64,000 bases of DNA. It comes from Macrostomum lignano (taxonomy: Eukaryota). Below the pieces are notes generated by a model, which saw nothing but the letters and a program-made list of their open reading frames with translations, had not been told where the DNA came from and made no database searches. A program made the translations under genes and the position numbers. Positions 62,027 to 64,000 of this stretch are shown piece by piece (the first letter of the stretch is position 1; each line of letters opens with the position of its first letter). The stretch spans positions 1 to 64,000 of the forward strand of contig NIVC01003811.1 in NCBI GenBank assembly GCA_002269645.1. The letters are read 5' to 3'.

Positions 62027-64000
62027 TTAGCGGCTATCAGAATTCGCGGATGAGCACATTCTCAGCAAACGCTTTTGCTCATGCAACTGCGTCTGCACTT
62101 TTTGTGCAGAAAAAAGGCTCACGAAATTGTTGTAATCGCAACTTGATACTCGCAAATCTGCAAATGCACGAACTCTACTCACCGCAGTATAAAATAATCC
62201 AGCTGGAATAGCTTTCCTGGCGCCTCCTTTGCTAAACGCCACGTACGCTTTTGGAATTGTAAGTCCTTGGCTCTTGTGAATCGTACTAGCCCAAGCCAAT
62301 CGTAGTGGAAATTGTTGACGCGACAATTGGGCTCCTCCTTTAAACTTTTCATTCGTTACTGACAGAATTGGCACTACACGAATTGCACGATTATCTTGTA
62401 CAATTGCCCCCATTGCTGGGCCAGAATAATTGTCAAATTCAACCCAAATACAATCTGGCCAATCCTTTGGTGATTGCCTTCCAGGAGCGTAGCAAATTCC
62501 TCGTACAGTTCCAACTGATCCATTCACAAGTCCATTGCGTACTGACAGATTTCTAGTTAGCATTACTCGAGCACCAATACACAAATAGAGTCGCTTCTCC
62601 AGATTCGTATCCGATTTTTTATGTTCCTTCTTTTTGCCACACAATTTTGCTTCGTCTCCTTTACAAATTGCGTTAATTTGCCGCACAGGATTCAATTCGG
62701 AAACCATCTTTCCCAATAGCATGTAGTTGCGATTTCTCACATCCTCGTTAGTGTGATATAAAAATGTACACCCGCTTTGGAAACCTTCAGGCAAAAGGTC
62801 GGGAGCATAGACGCGACAATTGTTCATCAACGAATTCCAGCAGGCTTCGTCGGCCTTGCCTTCGCGAAGTTTATCCAACAACTGGGCGAATTCCGTATCG
62901 TTTGCTTGTCGGACTTGTTCTGTCAGATGCACAACCTTTTTGAACTCCATGTACAATTTATAGCCTTCAGATTTCAATATATCGTGCTTCTTTTGATTTG
63001 GATTGTAAACGTACAGTTGCGTGTCCAAAACTGGAGGCAATTGAAACACGTCGCCAATTAGGATTACAGATCGACCACCAAAACTCTGTTTACTGTGTTC
63101 TGGAAACAATTCGCGCAAACGAGCATCCACCTTACGGAGTAACCTTTGGCCAAGCATGCTAAATTCGTCAATAAAAATGTAGCGCACATCTTTCCACTGC
63201 TCTTGCATCTCCATTAGGGATTTCTTGCCAACACCAGCACTAAAATTTACATTCAATTTCAAAGCCGAGTGCAAAGTTTCGCCTGCAATATTGAAAGCGG
63301 CTACGCCTGTTGATGCCATAATTCTGCATCTTGATTCTCCAATCAACCGACGCAATGTAGAAATCAAGTAGCTTTTTCCAGTTCCAGCGCTACCATACAA
63401 AATTGCTTTGAGAGGCTCCGGCTTTTCGCCTTGGTTTTCTTCGGCTAGTCTTGAAAGCTGCAAATGACTTTCAATTAGGTTGTACATTTCTCGCTGCCGA
63501 ACATTAAGCGATTCAACACTGTTTATCGGCATGTCAGCGACCTCTCTTGCGCCAAGTTTTAGGTCGCTACTTAAAAACGCCTTTGCTTCTCCAACCGTTG
63601 GAAACTGGCCGCCACTAGCTGCGCTCCAGTCAAAATTTTCTGGCGGCTTTGGCAATTGATCTTCTGGACAGGCCAATAGATTTCTCTCGCGATGAAGTGC
63701 CCCCACTGCAACCATCCAATCTTCTTGCTCTTCGTGCTCATAAGTTGGCTGAGCAGCAGATTGCGCATTTGCGTTGGTCATTTCGGGTAGCTCCGCAACT
63801 GCTTCGACTTCTTCGTCAGCTTCGTCGTTGCGCAAATCGTCCAAATTGGGCAGCTGCAGCTCGCATCGATTCTCAGCAGGCATGGCTTCGTACGCTTGCT
63901 GCCAGCTTGTGTGCAAACCTTTGGCTTCTCGCTCATTTCGCCAACAACTGTACAACAAAACCTGCTGCCGATAATAGCCTTCGCGTCTTTCGTCTGATTG
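62027..64000 (-). CDS. PIF1-family SF1B DNA helicase, probably the C-terminal part of a Helitron/Helentron RepHel; 5'-truncated by the window edge
   Basis: GSAGTGKS, ASTGVAAFNIAGETLHS, FIDEFSM, LIGDVFQLPPV, LTEQVRQ, QFPLRLAWASTIHKSQGLT, YTAVSRV; intronless; frame open to 64000 with EGYYRQQVLLYSCWRNE, a motif typical of the Rep-helicase linker; the Rep domain itself is not visible. Confidence 0.85.
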   Translation of the reverse strand, partial: QSDERREGYYRQQVLLYSCWRNEREAKGLHTSWQQAYEAMPAENRCELQLPNLDDLRNDEADEEVEAVAELPEMTNANAQSAAQPTYEHEEQEDWMVAVGALHRERNLLACPEDQLPKPPENFDWSAASGGQFPTVGEAKAFLSSDLKLGAREVADMPINSVESLNVRQREMYNLIESHLQLSRLAEENQGEKPEPLKAILYGSAGTGKSYLISTLRRLIGESRCRIMASTGVAAFNIAGETLHSALKLNVNFSAGVGKKSLMEMQEQWKDVRYIFIDEFSMLGQRLLRKVDARLRELFPEHSKQSFGGRSVILIGDVFQLPPVLDTQLYVYNPNQKKHDILKSEGYKLYMEFKKVVHLTEQVRQANDTEFAQLLDKLREGKADEACWNSLMNNCRVYAPDLLPEGFQSGCTFLYHTNEDVRNRNYMLLGKMVSELNPVRQINAICKGDEAKLCGKKKEHKKSDTNLEKRLYLCIGARVMLTRNLSVRNGLVNGSVGTVRGICYAPGRQSPKDWPDCIWVEFDNYSGPAMGAIVQDNRAIRVVPILSVTNEKFKGGAQLSRQQFPLRLAWASTIHKSQGLTIPKAYVAFSKGGARKAIPAGLFYTAVSRVRAFADLRVSSCDYNNFVSLFSAQKVQTQLHEQKRLLRMCSSANSDSR

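Noticed and set aside
62027-63958. Host PIF1 gene call
   Set aside because: Intronless while the host genes here are intron-rich, and preceded by a RepHel-type linker motif; a transposon origin is more likely, so no gene symbol is given

Overview
Eukaryotic (invertebrate animal) genomic DNA. The minisatellite-stuffed introns resemble a free-living flatworm such as Macrostomum, but that is an inference only. 1-14 kb holds two convergent host genes: a spliced nicotinic acetylcholine receptor subunit (+, 2104-8878, non-alpha, with two tandem homologous N-terminal exons) and an MTMR14-like phosphatase (-, 13284-10882). Most of their introns carry a different 20-46 bp minisatellite. The rest is largely transposon-derived. 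A decayed Mutator-like transposase gene is split by a young 13.15-kb LTR element (19989-33138; 2215-bp LTRs, TCTA TSD, tRNA-Leu PBS). That element encodes gag and a -1-frameshifted protease but no RT, RNase H or integrase. In their place it carries an orphan ORF pair with its own promoter, a candidate antisense spliced unit and an array of PBS-like motifs. A 9.9-kb Ty3/Gypsy element (42432-52336; CTAG TSD, tRNA-Gln PBS) has a cold-shock-like domain between the Gag zinc knuckle and the protease. There are also several MITE-like inverted-repeat elements, and a 5.2-kb 15-bp minisatellite abutting the stop codon of a PIF1 helicase ORF (probable Helitron RepHel, running off the right edge). All calls come from reading motifs by eye; no database searches were run.
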